This document shows positions 13,393-26,527 of a stretch of DNA of 64,000 nt, in pieces. This DNA comes from Gracilinanus agilis (taxonomy: Eukaryota). How positions within the stretch are numbered: position 1 is the stretch's first letter; each line of letters begins with the position of its first letter. The stretch covers positions 384,669,940 through 384,733,939 of the forward strand of contig NC_058131.1 in the NCBI RefSeq assembly GCF_016433145.1, written 5' to 3'. A model generated the notes under the pieces. It had not been told where the DNA came from. It saw only the letters and a program-made list of their open reading frames with translations, and ran no database searches. A program made the position numbers and the translations under genes.

Positions 13393-15198
13393 ATATCACT
13401 GCCATCACCATTACTACCATCCTTAAATTTTTGCTTTAAATATACCTGAGAGTGGTCAGGAATACCATTTTCCAGATGTGTAGACTAGGTCTCTGAGAGA
13501 AAGTCACTTTTCCAAGGCTACATAGAGCAGTTCAGGGGCAGATTTAGTACTTCAGTCCTATGACTCCAGCCACATGTCCTCCTCAACACTAGAACCTGTG
13601 ATGGATGTGCTGTGCTTTGTTAAATGAACTCGAGTGCCAGGCGCAGAATGACTGATGCCTCGCTCAGCTCTGGCTTCACAGAGACATCTTGGTTAACATT
13701 CTAGATGCCTGTTTGTTTCATTTTTACTAGAAGATCAGTCATTTGAACCAGGCAGCATTTGTAAAAGCCCATCTTCTCTATAACAACATGTAATAAAAAC
13801 AGCGAGGAGGCTTGCTGTGGTAACAGAAATTATCTTGGTGGCTACTGAGAATGAAATCAATTACATTAAATATAGCGATTTATTGAGATGAGTGGAGTGC
13901 CTTAGCTTTAGTAACTGTGATGCTCTTATCAATTAGATTAGCATCTAATAGTTTTCCACCCCTAAAAAGTGCAATAATCTCTTTCTATCAGATTTCTTAT
14001 GCAAATCACCAGTTCTTGTGATCACAAATTAGATGAAAGAAATATGCTTGGTTTACATATTTCAGTTAACAGAATTTGGAAAGTTAACAAACTAAAAGCC
14101 AGTGGTAATACATCACAAATTACATTTAGGAATTGATTTTACTTCTGCTTATATTACACTATTAAACCAAATCCAACTGGGTGTTCTTTATTATTGCATT
14201 CCCTCTCTCACTCTCTTTCTCTCTAAATTCCCGGTGTCTCCCAAAACACATTTTTCATGTTCAATCCATGAACAACAACAGTGTTTTGGGATGTCAGAAA
14301 ATATAAGAAAGTGAAATACAACAACTGTGGCCTTTGCCTTATCCAGAATCAGGACACGAGTACATTTGTAGTCTGCTTGCCATCTTTCAATATTTCTGAA
14401 AGGAACAAACAAACAAACAAACATGACATTAAGTGAAATGCTACAGAGGCCACTTACTTTCAGGATATCTAAGTGATGAATGGAAAACAACCTGGAAGGA
14501 TGTAACTGTGGGCCTCTACAGTATTGGGGGGTTGTTTGTATATATTCTCTTCTTCATGTTATTACAAAATTATATTGGTCAGAAATTAGTAATGAAGGCT
14601 TAAGGCCTTTGAATTATCGATAGCATCCTCTTCCCTGATTCACAGCAAAGGTCACCTCTGAGTTTTATACCGTACATATATTTGTATGAAAGTTTGGAAA
14701 TTATTAAATTGATGGGAGGTTCGTTTTTTAACCTACTTTATTTTCATATCCCTTTTTACCTTCAGAAGAGAGCTTAAACCTCACCTTCTACAGGAAGCCT
14801 TTTTTGAACTTCTGAAATGTTAGTGCTTTCTTCCTCCCAATTATAGCTATTTGCATTTCTTTATATTTAATAGCTTTTATTTACATAGCTTAAGATTTTC
14901 AAAATGTGTTACTTATACCATTTCACTGTAGCCTCAAAACAACCCAGAGAGGTAAGGCCACTTATTATTCCCATTTTATAGATAAGTAATTCAAGACTGA
15001 GAAAGGTTAAATGACTTGCCTAGGATCTGTGTGAGGAAGAATTTGAACTCAGGGCTTCCTGATGCTAAATCTCACACTTGATGATATGACCATATAGTGT
15101 TTTTGTAAACTTTTGGTAAAAATATATATACACATAAATGAAAACATAAACACATTTCTTTATGTATAGTCATATATACTTGTTTGGAAATATAGATG

Positions 15199-15201
<3 letters not shown>

Positions 15202-15265
<64 letters not shown>
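15202..15265. repeat. Compound (AC)n(AT)n microsatellite
   Basis: Read directly from the sequence. Confidence 0.97.
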
Positions 15266-15329
15266 CTTTATTTAAGAAGTACTAGTTAAATTGCCTAAGT
15301 AGTTGAAACCTGCTTAGTAAAAACATCAA

Positions 15330-16110
15330 ACACTAATACACTTACAGGAGTGAACTGATAAAATCATTCTGGAGAACAATTTGGAGCCTTGTCCAAAAGA
15401 CTATAAAACAGTATATATTCTGACTGTTGGGTCTATATCTTAAAGAGATTGTAGAGACAAGAAAAGAACCTATCTGTACAAAAATATTTATAACAGCTTT
15501 CTTTGTGGTGGCAAAAAAATTGGAAACCAAAGGGATGTCCATAATTTGTGGCATGGCTGAAGAAGTTGTGGTATATGGTTATACTTCCATTGTGCCGTAA
15601 GAAACAATAAATGGGATGATTTTGGAAAAACAAGGAAAGATTCATATGAACTGATGCAAAGTGAACTTAGTACATCCAGGAGAGTATTTTATGCAGTAAT
15701 GGAAATATTGTGCCAGAATTGTACAATAGTGTAAAAGACTCAACTATTATCATTATTGTAAGGACCCAAGACAACCCCAAGGGACTCATGCTGAAAAATT
15801 CTATTTACAGTCATAGAAGGAGCTATCAGAGTATGAATGCAGATTGAACCATGCCATTTCTTGCCTTATTTACTCCTTGAGTTTTTTTCCCCATGTATGA
15901 TACATATCCTTTACCACATGAGGAATTTGGAAATTTGTATTGCATGACAATACTGGAATAACCTTTATCAGATGGTTTGCCATCTGGGGATGAGGGTGAA
16001 GAGTGAGAGAGGGACAGAATTTGGATTGTTAAAGGTCAGAAAGCAATTGTTAAAAATGTTTTTCTACATGTAATTAAAAAAAAGTAATAAAAAATAATCA
16101 CTTGGTAAAA
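15330..16110 (+). mobile_element. Old LINE-1 3' fragment
   Basis: cattctggagaacaatttgg...tttgtggtggcaaaaaaattggaaacc...gaactgatgcaaagtgaa, followed by 3' UTR and an A-rich end. Confidence 0.8.
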
Positions 16111-16259
16111 TAAAACAAATAAGAACATCTGTATAATTTTCCCTCACATGATCTTTCTAAAACTGTATATTATATTGTAAACAAATTTTGATCTCTCTTA
16201 ATGAAGGAATTGAAAAGAAAACAACAACAAAAAAAAGAGATGGCTAATTCTTAACCATC

Positions 16260-16436
16260 TTTAAGGTGGCATATTCCTGTTTTCTGTCTTTTGCTTCTGT
16301 CCTGGAACTCAAGTCTTAGTCCACATGTCTGGATGGTGATCATTCACTATATTGAGCCGAGATCCAGACTCTCCACTCTATTTATTGGTTATTTTCTTCA
16401 CCTAGGGCCCAAAACTCAAGTTCCCACCTTAGACAT
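16260..16436 (+). mobile_element. Possible LTR 3' fragment
   Basis: ccacatgtctggatggtgatcatt...ccaaaactcaagttcccaccttagaca resembles opossum LTR ends. No TSD or clear 5' TG found. Confidence 0.3.
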
Positions 16437-17158
16437 TGGACTTTAGAATACTTTTTCATTCATTCATTTATTTGTTCATTCTACGTGCTTTTCCTCTCCT
16501 TGATATATTGGAAGTTCCTTGAGAGTAGAGATCTTTGTATTTTTATGGTCAAATATATGTCCCTGGGACAAATAATGGATACTTAAGAAATGCTTATTGA
16601 TTGCCTGGTATTTGATTTATTTGGAGAAAATATGTGGCAACACTAGTTGGCACCATTAGGTATTTTTAATCTAAATAATTCCCTGAGAAACTCTTTTGAT
16701 ACCATTTTGGAGTAGAATATTATAGGTAGGACAGGGGAAGAAATGTGCCAGCATTTAGCACAAATTAAATACTTGTTGATTAACTGAATAAATGGTGTTT
16801 TTCATAAGTGTGTTGTCCAAGTTTTAGAAAGATAATATAGCAAAATCACTTATCAAGATTCCTGCATCCCACTTGAAAGTATAGAAATTATTAAATTGTG
16901 ATTATATCTAGAACATAAAACTTGGAATCAAAAATTTTTTCCTTCATCTGATAATTTGTTTTAATGAATATGGAAGTGGAAGTAGTACCAGATAGTTAAT
17001 TAGGGAAAAAATACTTTCAAGATAAAAGGTACAAGTGATAACATAACTCTATTTTCTCCTAATCCTTCAGAGATCCAGGGAGAAAATTCTGTATGAATTT
17101 GAAAGAAAGCTTAGCATTGTACAACCCTACTTAACTTCTAGCTCCAGTTCTAAAGATT

Positions 17159-17297
17159 NNNNNNNNNNNNNNNNNNNNNNNNNNNNNNNNNNNNNNNNNN
17201 NNNNNNNNNNNNNNNNNNNNNNNNNNNNNNNNNNNNNNNNNNNNNNNNNNNNNNNNNNNNNNNNNNNNNNNNNNNNNNNNNNNNNNNNNNNNNNNNN
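17159..17297. other. Assembly gap (139 N), followed by a purine-rich gagacagagaaa-type simple repeat (17298-17355)
   Basis: Run of n in the sequence. Confidence 0.99.
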
Positions 17298-18094
17298 GAC
17301 AGAGAAAAAGGCAAAGAGACAGAGAAAGAGACAAAGAGACAGAGAAAGAGACAGAGTTAGGAGTTCTGTGAGATTAGACTGGGTTTTGGAAACAAGGGCA
17401 TGGCTAATAAAAATGAAGAGACCTCTTATTAATAGCTAGCTTTTGACCAAAGCCATTACATCTCTTTTCACTCCCTCACTGATATTTCTTTTTTTATCTC
17501 CAAAATTAAATTTTTATTTGTTATGATCCATGCTTACTGAGCTACCAAAGTCATGAAACCATGATTACCAGTTTTAGCATCTCATTAGTTGATCCTAGAT
17601 CATCCTCTCATGAATGATTTATTAATTAAACAAACATTTGAGGAGTACCTACTAGGTGCAAAGCATTTTAGTAGATACAAATATGGAGAGTAAAATCTTA
17701 CAAATCAATGGTTAATCACTCCAGGATACAGTGATGTCTTCCTTCTATGAAGCCATAGAATAATTACTCTCCTGAAATCTTTTAGCACATAATAACAAGA
17801 CAGTATATGGTTTTTCAATTGTGCGTGTGTTTGTATGTATGCATGTATATTTAGGGGGAAATTGCTAGTCTTTGGTGAGGAGAGATATGAATGCTTCTAT
17901 CATGTATTCATGATCACATAGTTAATAAATTGCTTAACCTTCACTTTTCTTAACTTTAAATTGGAAGTGATAATGTGTTATACTTAACTCTCATGACTGT
18001 TTTTATCAACTGAGATAGTGAATGGAAAGTATTTTGCAAACATAAATATGTTATATTGATACCTATCCTCAATAAATTTAAGGCCTCGATGTAG

Positions 18095-18750
18095 CATCTC
18101 CACTTACCTTTCAAACATCTCCAACTGAATGTCCAGAATATGTCTTAAACTCGATATATCCAAAACAGAATTCATGATCTTTCCTCCTAAAACATCCTTC
18201 CCCCAACAATACCACCTTCCCCATTACTGAAGAAGGGAGCACCATCTTCCTAGTCTTCTCTTTTCCAATAAGGTTAAGCACAAACTTCTTCATTTAGTTT
18301 GTACAGCCCTCCACAATCAGGCTATCAACTACATGTCTAGCCTTATTTGGATTCATTCCCTCTCATGAATTCATCATTCTAGCCATACTGGATACTCTAT
18401 CTTCAAACTGGATATCCCATCTCAGACCTCCATACTTTACATGCCATTTCCCTCTATGCAGAATGCACTCCTTTATCTCATTTCCTTCCTTTTTTTTTGA
18501 ATCATATTCTTTGAATGACTTCTTAGATATCACCTCCTATGTGAAACCTCCCTCTAATCTCCCCATTAGAGTTTTTAGTCCCTTTTTTTCTTCCTCAATT
18601 TTCCATACCTTTTACTTATGTGTGTCCCAGTAGTTAGAAAGTAGGCTTTTTGAGGGAAGGAACTTTCTTGTTTTTGTCTTTGCATTCCCAGATTGTAGCA
18701 TAGACTTTCAGACTAAAAACATTTAATAAATTGTTGTTGGACTGAATTGA
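18095..18750 (+). mobile_element. LINE-2 3' fragment
   Basis: catctccaactgaatgtcc...atccaaaacagaattcatgatctttcc, ending catttaataaattgttgttggactgaattga. Confidence 0.75.
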
Positions 18751-19959
18751 AAAATCTACCAACCAAAATGTATTTGTACTCAGTGTCTCTGTGCCTCAGT
18801 TTTCTCAACTATAAAATAACTTTGGTTGAATTAGATACTTTAGAAGGTCTAGCTAGCTTTACTATAAGATTCCATTATACATATATAAACATTCATATAT
18901 AAATGCATTTATTATATATGTATATATCTACAAATATGTGCATACATGATATATAATAAAGGCATTTTGCTTCAAAAAATGAGAATCTCTGATTCCATGT
19001 AAAAGCCAATAACTGATTTTCTTTGCCCAAGAAGTAAAAAAATTGCTGCACTTGATTATGATTCACCAGAGGTAGCCACTCTTAGTAATGGTGAATTCAA
19101 GTGGCCTTTTATCTCTGTGATACCTTGCCTTAGATTACATAATGACAAGGGAACATTCAAGTGAACTTTGCTTGTAAGAGAGTAAGAGCATTTTGCTTGT
19201 TCCCCAAACCTCATTGCCTTTATCTGGAGGTCCTCAGAAGAATCGGGCAATTTACCAGTTTGCAGCCCTACTCCTTATCCTTACTTTGAGTCTACAAATT
19301 ATAATTTCCATTCTTTAAAAGATATTGGTTTGGGAAACAGTTTGAAGGAGCTCAACATTTTCTCCTAATTTATGCAATAGTTCATGCTACTAACAAGAGA
19401 AGGAAGAAAATAACTATTTATTAAGTGCCTACACTGTGGTGGGCAATGTGCTAAGTCCTTTACAATGTCTCATTTGAACTTCACAACTCTGGAAGATAGA
19501 TGCGGTTATTATTCCCATTTTACAGTTGAGGAAACTGAGACAAACAGAGGCTGTGACTTATCCAGAGTCAAATAATTAGTAAATGTTTAAGACTGGATTT
19601 GGACTCCTGTATTTCTGAGTCTAAGTCCAGCACTTTTTCCATTCTGCAACCTAACTGCCTAAAGCATTATCATGGATTCTATCTGTACAAGAGAGAACAA
19701 ATGGCTTTTAGCATTTTATGTTTGTTACCTAGACCAGAAAGGGAAATGTACCGTTATAGTAACTAATCAATGTGCCAGAAATTGTGCTAAATACCAGGGA
19801 TATGAAGAAGCAGCAAAAATATTCCTTGACCTCAAAGTATTTACTTTCTAATATATACTCACATAGTTTAAGACCACATTATAAAAATAAAAATTAACAA
19901 CATAATCTTCCATCACAAAGATAACCATAGGGTATCACACTTGATTGATTATGCCTATA

Positions 19960-20140
19960 CTCAAAGTGTGCTCTAGAGCCTTAACATGGCATAGCATGAC
20001 TTTGGTTTTCCCAAGGCTTTGCCAACAGATCTTAATTTCTAGCATAGTTGTGCTAAGCCTGGAAAGGATTCACGAATGAATCTAGTGATGGGTTGTATGT
20101 TTCTATCCAAAGACCAATGTAGCTAAGTTTGGAAAGACTA
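19960..20140 (+). mobile_element. Degraded CR1/L3 reverse-transcriptase fragment
   Basis: gactttggttttcccaaggctttgccaac resembles the CR1 DFSKAFD motif region. Confidence 0.4.
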
Positions 20141-23100
20141 TTCACCAGAATGACCACTGGGTGATGTTGTTTTTGGTCACATAAACTCTAAGACATCCTA
20201 TGAAGCAAGGGAGAAATTGTGATCTGCACTGGTAGAAGGGTTACCTACACCAAGAACATCAAGGGGCTCTGAAAAAGAAAGAAGGGTTCTTGGGAAGTCA
20301 TATGAGAGGAGCTAGAAATCATAATGAAAAGGAATTCATATCGTTTCTTTAAAAGCTTCAGACTTTATACCATTGCTGATGTAAAAAATGTTTTTATAGC
20401 AAGTTGAAAATGAATTTTTAAAAAAGCATCTGAAATGCATAAAGAAAACCACTTGTAGATGAGGATTTTCTAGTGCTAGTAAGAATAACAAATATATACA
20501 TACATATATATTTCTAATATTTGGAAGTTGTTAGAATATACTGTATGCACTACATTAACTTCCTTATTACTGCAGTATTCTCCTCTGAGGCCAGAGGGAA
20601 AACAGATGAGCCCACAAACCATTTGCAGGATAATCCAGAGCAGATGTCTGCCATAGTGATTTCCATTGAGAGCTGAAATTAAAGGGTACAACTTGAGACT
20701 CAGTTTTTTAAGAACCACCTAAGATAATAAAGCAGGAGGCCCAGATTGGTGGTGAAAACCAACCTATGGTGTTTACTTTTGATAAAATATTTTAATATAA
20801 TAGTTAGTAGCACAGATGTTTAATTCAAAGACAAAGCAAGCTCCTCAAGCAGGGCCCTTTGTCAACTGTAGCTCTTGTTTTAATTTGTGTCTTGTGGCTC
20901 TGCAGGAATGATTGGATGTTCTTTTTGCAGAAATCTGGAGGAATCATTTTCTCCACATGTATAGGGCAGAGCTGAGTCATCTAAGCAAATCTAGGAACAA
21001 AACCAGAACTGATTTGGAGGTTGGAGGGAACGTATTCATTTCCATTCATATGTTTACATAAAATGGTTTCAATATGAAACAGATTTAGACGTTCAAAGAA
21101 AGCTTCTCTGTAGTTTTTATAACCTACTTCCAAAATGGACTCCCCCCACCCAACAAAGCAACCTAGAGGTAGTTATAATCCATTAAATCATTTGCATGTA
21201 TAAAGCACCTACTGGGTGCAAAATACTCTTCTAGAAGTTGAGAAACAAAGTAAAGAATATAAATAGTCTCTGTCCTAAATAAAGGATCAATGAATTGATT
21301 TTTTTTTTTGTGGACAGGTCAGGACATATAAGGAAATATAAAATACCTGTATAGTGAACAATGCCTTGGGAGAGATGATGAGGTCACTAATAACAGAGAA
21401 TGCCTAAGAAAGTATTAAACAAGGGAAAATACCAAGCTTTTGAGTAATGAGGACAAAAAATTACATTCTCATCCATTTTTTCTCTATTACCCACATCCTT
21501 GTATTATATAGTTGTTCAATGAAATGTTACAGGTCCCATCTACCACTGAAAAGAAAGCTAGCTGCTTTTTCTTTGAGGAACTACTTGAGAAAGCTTCTCT
21601 TAGATAGCAATGAATGTAGTTATCTAAGTTTAAGGGAGAACAGACATTCTACTAAACCACCAAAAGTTTCCATTTTGCTCTTTTCTCACAGAAGGGATCA
21701 GGCTGGATATTTGAAATCAGGCTAGTTGGGTGTGGTATCCCTATTAGGTTACTTATTTTTTTTTCAGGAAGCAAATAGTCAATTCTGACGATAATTAAGT
21801 TATCCCTCAAGATCTCAGAAAGGTCAGACAGAAAAGCTAGTTAGAATTTGTACTGGATATATCCAGGCACACATTAATTGGGCTAATAAGACCATACTAA
21901 TTAGTTTTGAAACCATTGCACTTTTTAAAAGTTAGACATTAAATTCAAAGTACATAATAATCGATTTTCTCTGTCATTCAAACTTTCAAACAGCTAAAAA
22001 GATCTATCCTCATTTAATTTGAAAATCCACAAAAGGGACAGGTTATTGACTTTTTAAATAAAAAAATACTTACATTGTTATTTAAAGATAAAAGACTGAT
22101 TTGGGCAAAGACTATTTATAGGGATCAAAAAGACCCTAATAATTATTGAAATTGAGAGCTGAGGGCATGAGTAAAATAATGGATCTCTTTGACCTCAAAA
22201 CAGCACTATATAAAACCAAACAGGATTAGATAAATTCTTATGTGACAGTCTTAATTTAATTCAATTAAATAAATATTTATTAAGCACCTAATAAATGAAA
22301 TGGTATTTCATGCTTTGAACTGTGAGGTGGGGAAGGAGGGGGATATAAAGAGGAAGTAGATATTTATCTGGTTTTCCTAGTGCCTATAATTTAAAAGGAT
22401 TAATATGATATATAGATGCATAAGTAGTAATAATAATTTTAATTTTAAAATACTTTTACAGATGATGAAACTGAAGCAAAAAAGTTAAATGACTTGTCTA
22501 AGGTTGCACAACTGATAAGTAGCTGAGGCTAGCTTTGAACTCAAATCTTCCTGAGGCCGGCCATAGCACTCTATCCACTGTACCACCTAGCAAAGAAGGA
22601 GGAAAGTATGAGGAAAAAAATGAATGTAGAAGAGAATATTTAAATTATGTCTTGAAGGATGGGTAGCATTTGACAGGCAGAGATGGGAACAGGTCATATA
22701 ATAAAGAAGGGCCAGTGTGATCAAAAGTCCAGGAATGAGAATGCCCAGGCTTTATTTACTTTATAGAGAGGATTATTAAGAAGAGAAATTAGGACTATTT
22801 CGACTGTAGACTTAATCTTTGGAGAGTGAATGCCATGCTTTTGTGCAAGCCATTCCTGATAACCCTATCAGAGACAGTATATTGGGTCACAGACGACACT
22901 GGTAGTATTTCCAGTCTTCCTAGGGAATAGGAACTCCTGTACGAGAATGCTCCATTTGCAACATTCATTTTCATTAAAGCACTTTACAGGTGCATTCTCC
23001 TTGTTTAATATACAGACTCCCCAAGATCACACTTCTCAAAGCTGAACAAGAGTCAGAAACAAGTCCGGTGAGTTTGAAATTAAGATGGCATTTCTGACAA

Positions 23101-24288
23101 AGCCAAGCTATGTGCTGTCATGCCTCATTGGTCCCAAGATGACAGGTGCTTTATAATGTTTATGGGACAAAGAACAAATGAAGTTGGAATGCCAACTCCT
23201 GCTGAAACTTTAACTGGTAAATAAAACCCATTTTGTACTAAGATCCAATAGGGGTGACAGAAGGGATTGAGGGAGGGGGGAGAGGGCAGTTTTAAACAGC
23301 TATTATCCCCCTGCCTTTGATTTCATATTATAATGTGTTTGGGGTTTTTTCTTTTCTTTTTTTTTCTTTTTTTGGGGGGTTTTGTTTTGTTTTTAAGTCT
23401 TAGACAATTTGCTGGCTTTATGTTGCTCTTGAGGAGAATGATTGAAAACTCTGTATAGACTGATCAAGTGAGCCATTAATATTTTGCTGCCAAGCCCTGC
23501 CTGAGTGGCAGTAATTACCTCCCAGATTACTTTTTCGTTTGGGGTGCGGCTGGTCATCCGTTACTTTTTCTACGGCTTTGAAGGTCCAATAACTCCAATT
23601 ATTGTTATCAACTAAGGATGTGTGAGCTAGCTACACAGAAAAATCTTTCTGTGGACTCTAGGGTATAGAAACTAGAAGCCCCTTCAACTCAAAAGTTATT
23701 CTAAAGCTAGGTCACTAGTGTCTAATAATAATTCCTAGAGTAAAACCTAGAATAAACAGAAGGTAAGGGGAAATAAGGAGTTCTGTTTGACTCAAGGTCA
23801 CTTGTAAAAAAACTAATTCTTGGATTTTAATGTCTGGGAGACACTTTTAAAATCATCTACTCCAACATTTTTATTTTAAAGAGGAAGAAACCAAGGCCCA
23901 TAGAGAAGAAGAGACTTCCCAAAGATTTTTGCTAAATATGTTGTTAGAAGCAAAACCAGAATTTTACCTTGGGCCTTCTGACCTCAAAGTCAATGCTGCT
24001 TCTACTAGAATCTAGTGCCTTGGTAGGAAAACATGTGAAACCAAATACATTAGCCTAGATGATTGTGAATCTTATTATTCTTTTGCATTCTTGCATACTG
24101 AGTCAGTCAGTAAGTACATAAAGTGCCTCCCAAGTGGTAGGTACTGTGCTAATGGGTAGAATATAGAAAGAGGCGAAAGGAGTCCCTCCCTTCAAGGAGC
24201 TTACAATTTAATGGGAGAAGATAAAAAGCAAACAAATAAGTACAAAAGAACTACCCATAGAAAAAATAGGAAATGATTTAAAAGAAGG

Positions 24289-26527
24289 AAAGCTAGAGAA
24301 TCAATTTAAAAACTACTTGAAATAATTAATACCTTTAGGAAAGCTGAAGGATACAAAAGAAACACGCAAAAATCAACAGCATTTTTAAATACTATCAACG
24401 AGGTCCAGTAGTAAGAGATAGAAAGAGAAATTTCATTTAAAATATCTCTAGACAAAATAATATACCTGGGAATCTACTTGCCAAGACAAACACAGGAATT
24501 ATAAAAGCCCAATTACAAAACACTTTTCATGCAAATAAAGTCAGAACTAAAAAATTGGAAAAATATTAATTGCTCAGAGCTATGCTAACTTAATAAAAAA
24601 AATGACAATTCTACCTAAATTACTTTACTTATCCAATATTGTACCAATCAAACAACCAAAAATTATATTATAGAATTATAAAAATTAAAAATGAAATTCA
24701 TCAGAAAAGAAAAGTTCAGGAATATCAAGACAATTAATGGGAAAAAACACAATATTCATCAAAACAATCTGTTACTGGCTAAGAAATAGAATGGGGGATT
24801 AATGGAATAGATTAAATAGGCAAAATACAGGACTAAACGACCTTAGCAATCCAGTGTTTGATAAACTCAAAGATTCCAACTTTTGGGATAAGAACTCACT
24901 ATTTGACAAAATACTTCTAAGGAAAATGGAAAATAGTATGGTGGAATCTAGGTATAGAGCAATATTTCATACCCTAGACCAATACAACATCAAAATGAGT
25001 ATATAGTTTAGACATAAAGAGTGATACCATAAGCCAAGGGTTGGCAACCTTTTTGGCCATGAGAGCCATAAACGCCACATTTTTTAAAATGTAATTTTGT
25101 GAGATCCGTACAGTGCTCACAGTGCGCGCTCCTGTAACACCGCCTGAAAAAAAATTGACTTTATGGCTCCTGCAGAAAGAGCCATATCTGGTCCTTAAAA
25201 GAGCCAGATATGGCTCAAGAGCCATACGTTGCCAACCCCTGCCATAAGCAAATTAGGGAGCATAAAATAGTTTATGTGTCACATCTATGGAGAAAGGAAG
25301 AATTTATGACTAATTAAGAGACAGAGAACATTACAGTATATAAAAAGAATAATTCTAATTACATTAAATTAAAAAAAAATTTCTGTACAAATAAAACCAA
25401 TGTAACCAAGATTAGAATGAAAACAACAAACTGGGAAAAACATTTTACAGGAATTTTCTCTAATAAAGGTTGTATTTCTCAAAAATATAGAGAAGTAAGT
25501 TAAATTTATAGGAACACAAGTCAATCCTCAATTGACAAATGATTAAAGGATATGAACAAGCAGTTTTCAGATAAAAAAAAAATCAAAGCTATCAATAAGC
25601 CTATGAAAAAATGTTTTAAATCACTCTTGATTAAAGAAGTGCAAATTAAAACAATTCTCTGGTACTACCTCATACCTCATAAATTGGTTCATATTATAGC
25701 AAAGGGAAATAATAGATATGGGAGGGGATGTGGCAAAACCAGGACACTAATGCATTGTTGGTGGAGTTGTGAACTGATCTAACAATTCTGGAGAGTAATT
25801 TGGAACTATGGTCCAAAGGTCTACAAAGTCTCCATACTTTTTGACGCTATAATAACACTAAAAGTCTGTATCCCAAAGATATAAAGAAAAGGGGGTAAAG
25901 GACCTACTTGTACAAAAAAATATAGCAAATCTTTTTGTGTGGGAAATAGTTGGAAATTGAGGGGATGCCCAACAATTGGGGAATGGCTGAATAAATTGTG
26001 GTATATGATAGTGATAGAATAGTATTGTGCTATAAGAAATGATGAGCAGAATGATTTCAGAAAAAGCTAGGAAGACCTACATGAATTGATTCAGAACAAG
26101 GAGAACACTGTGTATACTAATAGCAATCCTGTATGATGATCATCTGTGAAAGACTTAGCTACTCTCAGCAGTACAATGATCCAGGACAATTCTGAAGGAC
26201 TCATGACAAAGAATGCTGTCCAGCTCCAGAGGAAGAACTGTTGGAGTGGGAAAGAAGATCAGAACACAGTATTTTTCACTTTAGTTGATTTGTTTTTTAT
26301 TTTGGGGTTTTGTTTTCATATAAGTATTTTTAATAACACTGGTCAATATGGAAATATCTTTTAAATGATAATACATATAAAACTCAGATCAAACTGTTTA
26401 TCAACTCTGTGAGGGGTGAGAGAAGGAAGGGAGGGAGATAATTTGGATCTTACAATTTCAGAAAATGTATTTCAAAAACTGTTATTGCAGGTAAATGGGA
26501 AAATAAAATACTTAATTTTTTTTTAAA
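24289..26527 (+). mobile_element. Older 5'-truncated LINE-1 (degraded ORF2 plus 3' UTR), inserted in L2 and interrupted by a hAT element
   Basis: Degraded ORF2 hallmarks (ggatacaaaa..aaaaatcaacagcattt, aacaattctggagagtaatttggaa, caattggggaatggctgaataaattgtggtat). Flanked by the direct repeat taaaagaagg (24279-24288, 26528-26537). Confidence 0.88.
25035..25241. mobile_element. Non-autonomous hAT (Charlie/Buster-type) DNA transposon, 207 bp, inserted in L1
   Basis: TIRs caagggttggcaac / gttgccaacccctg (13 of 14 match). Perfect 8-bp TSD ccataagc (25027-25034, 25242-25249). Repeated subterminal gagcca motifs. Confidence 0.93.

Noticed and set aside
13202-13420. Poly-Val ORF resembling a transmembrane peptide
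   Set aside because: Translation of the (CTA)22 microsatellite and a MIR.
18341-18350. Perfect CArG box CCTTATTTGG (also a MEF2-like TTATAAATAG at 50719-50728)
   Set aside because: Isolated short motifs inside old L2/L3 repeats, within chance expectation.
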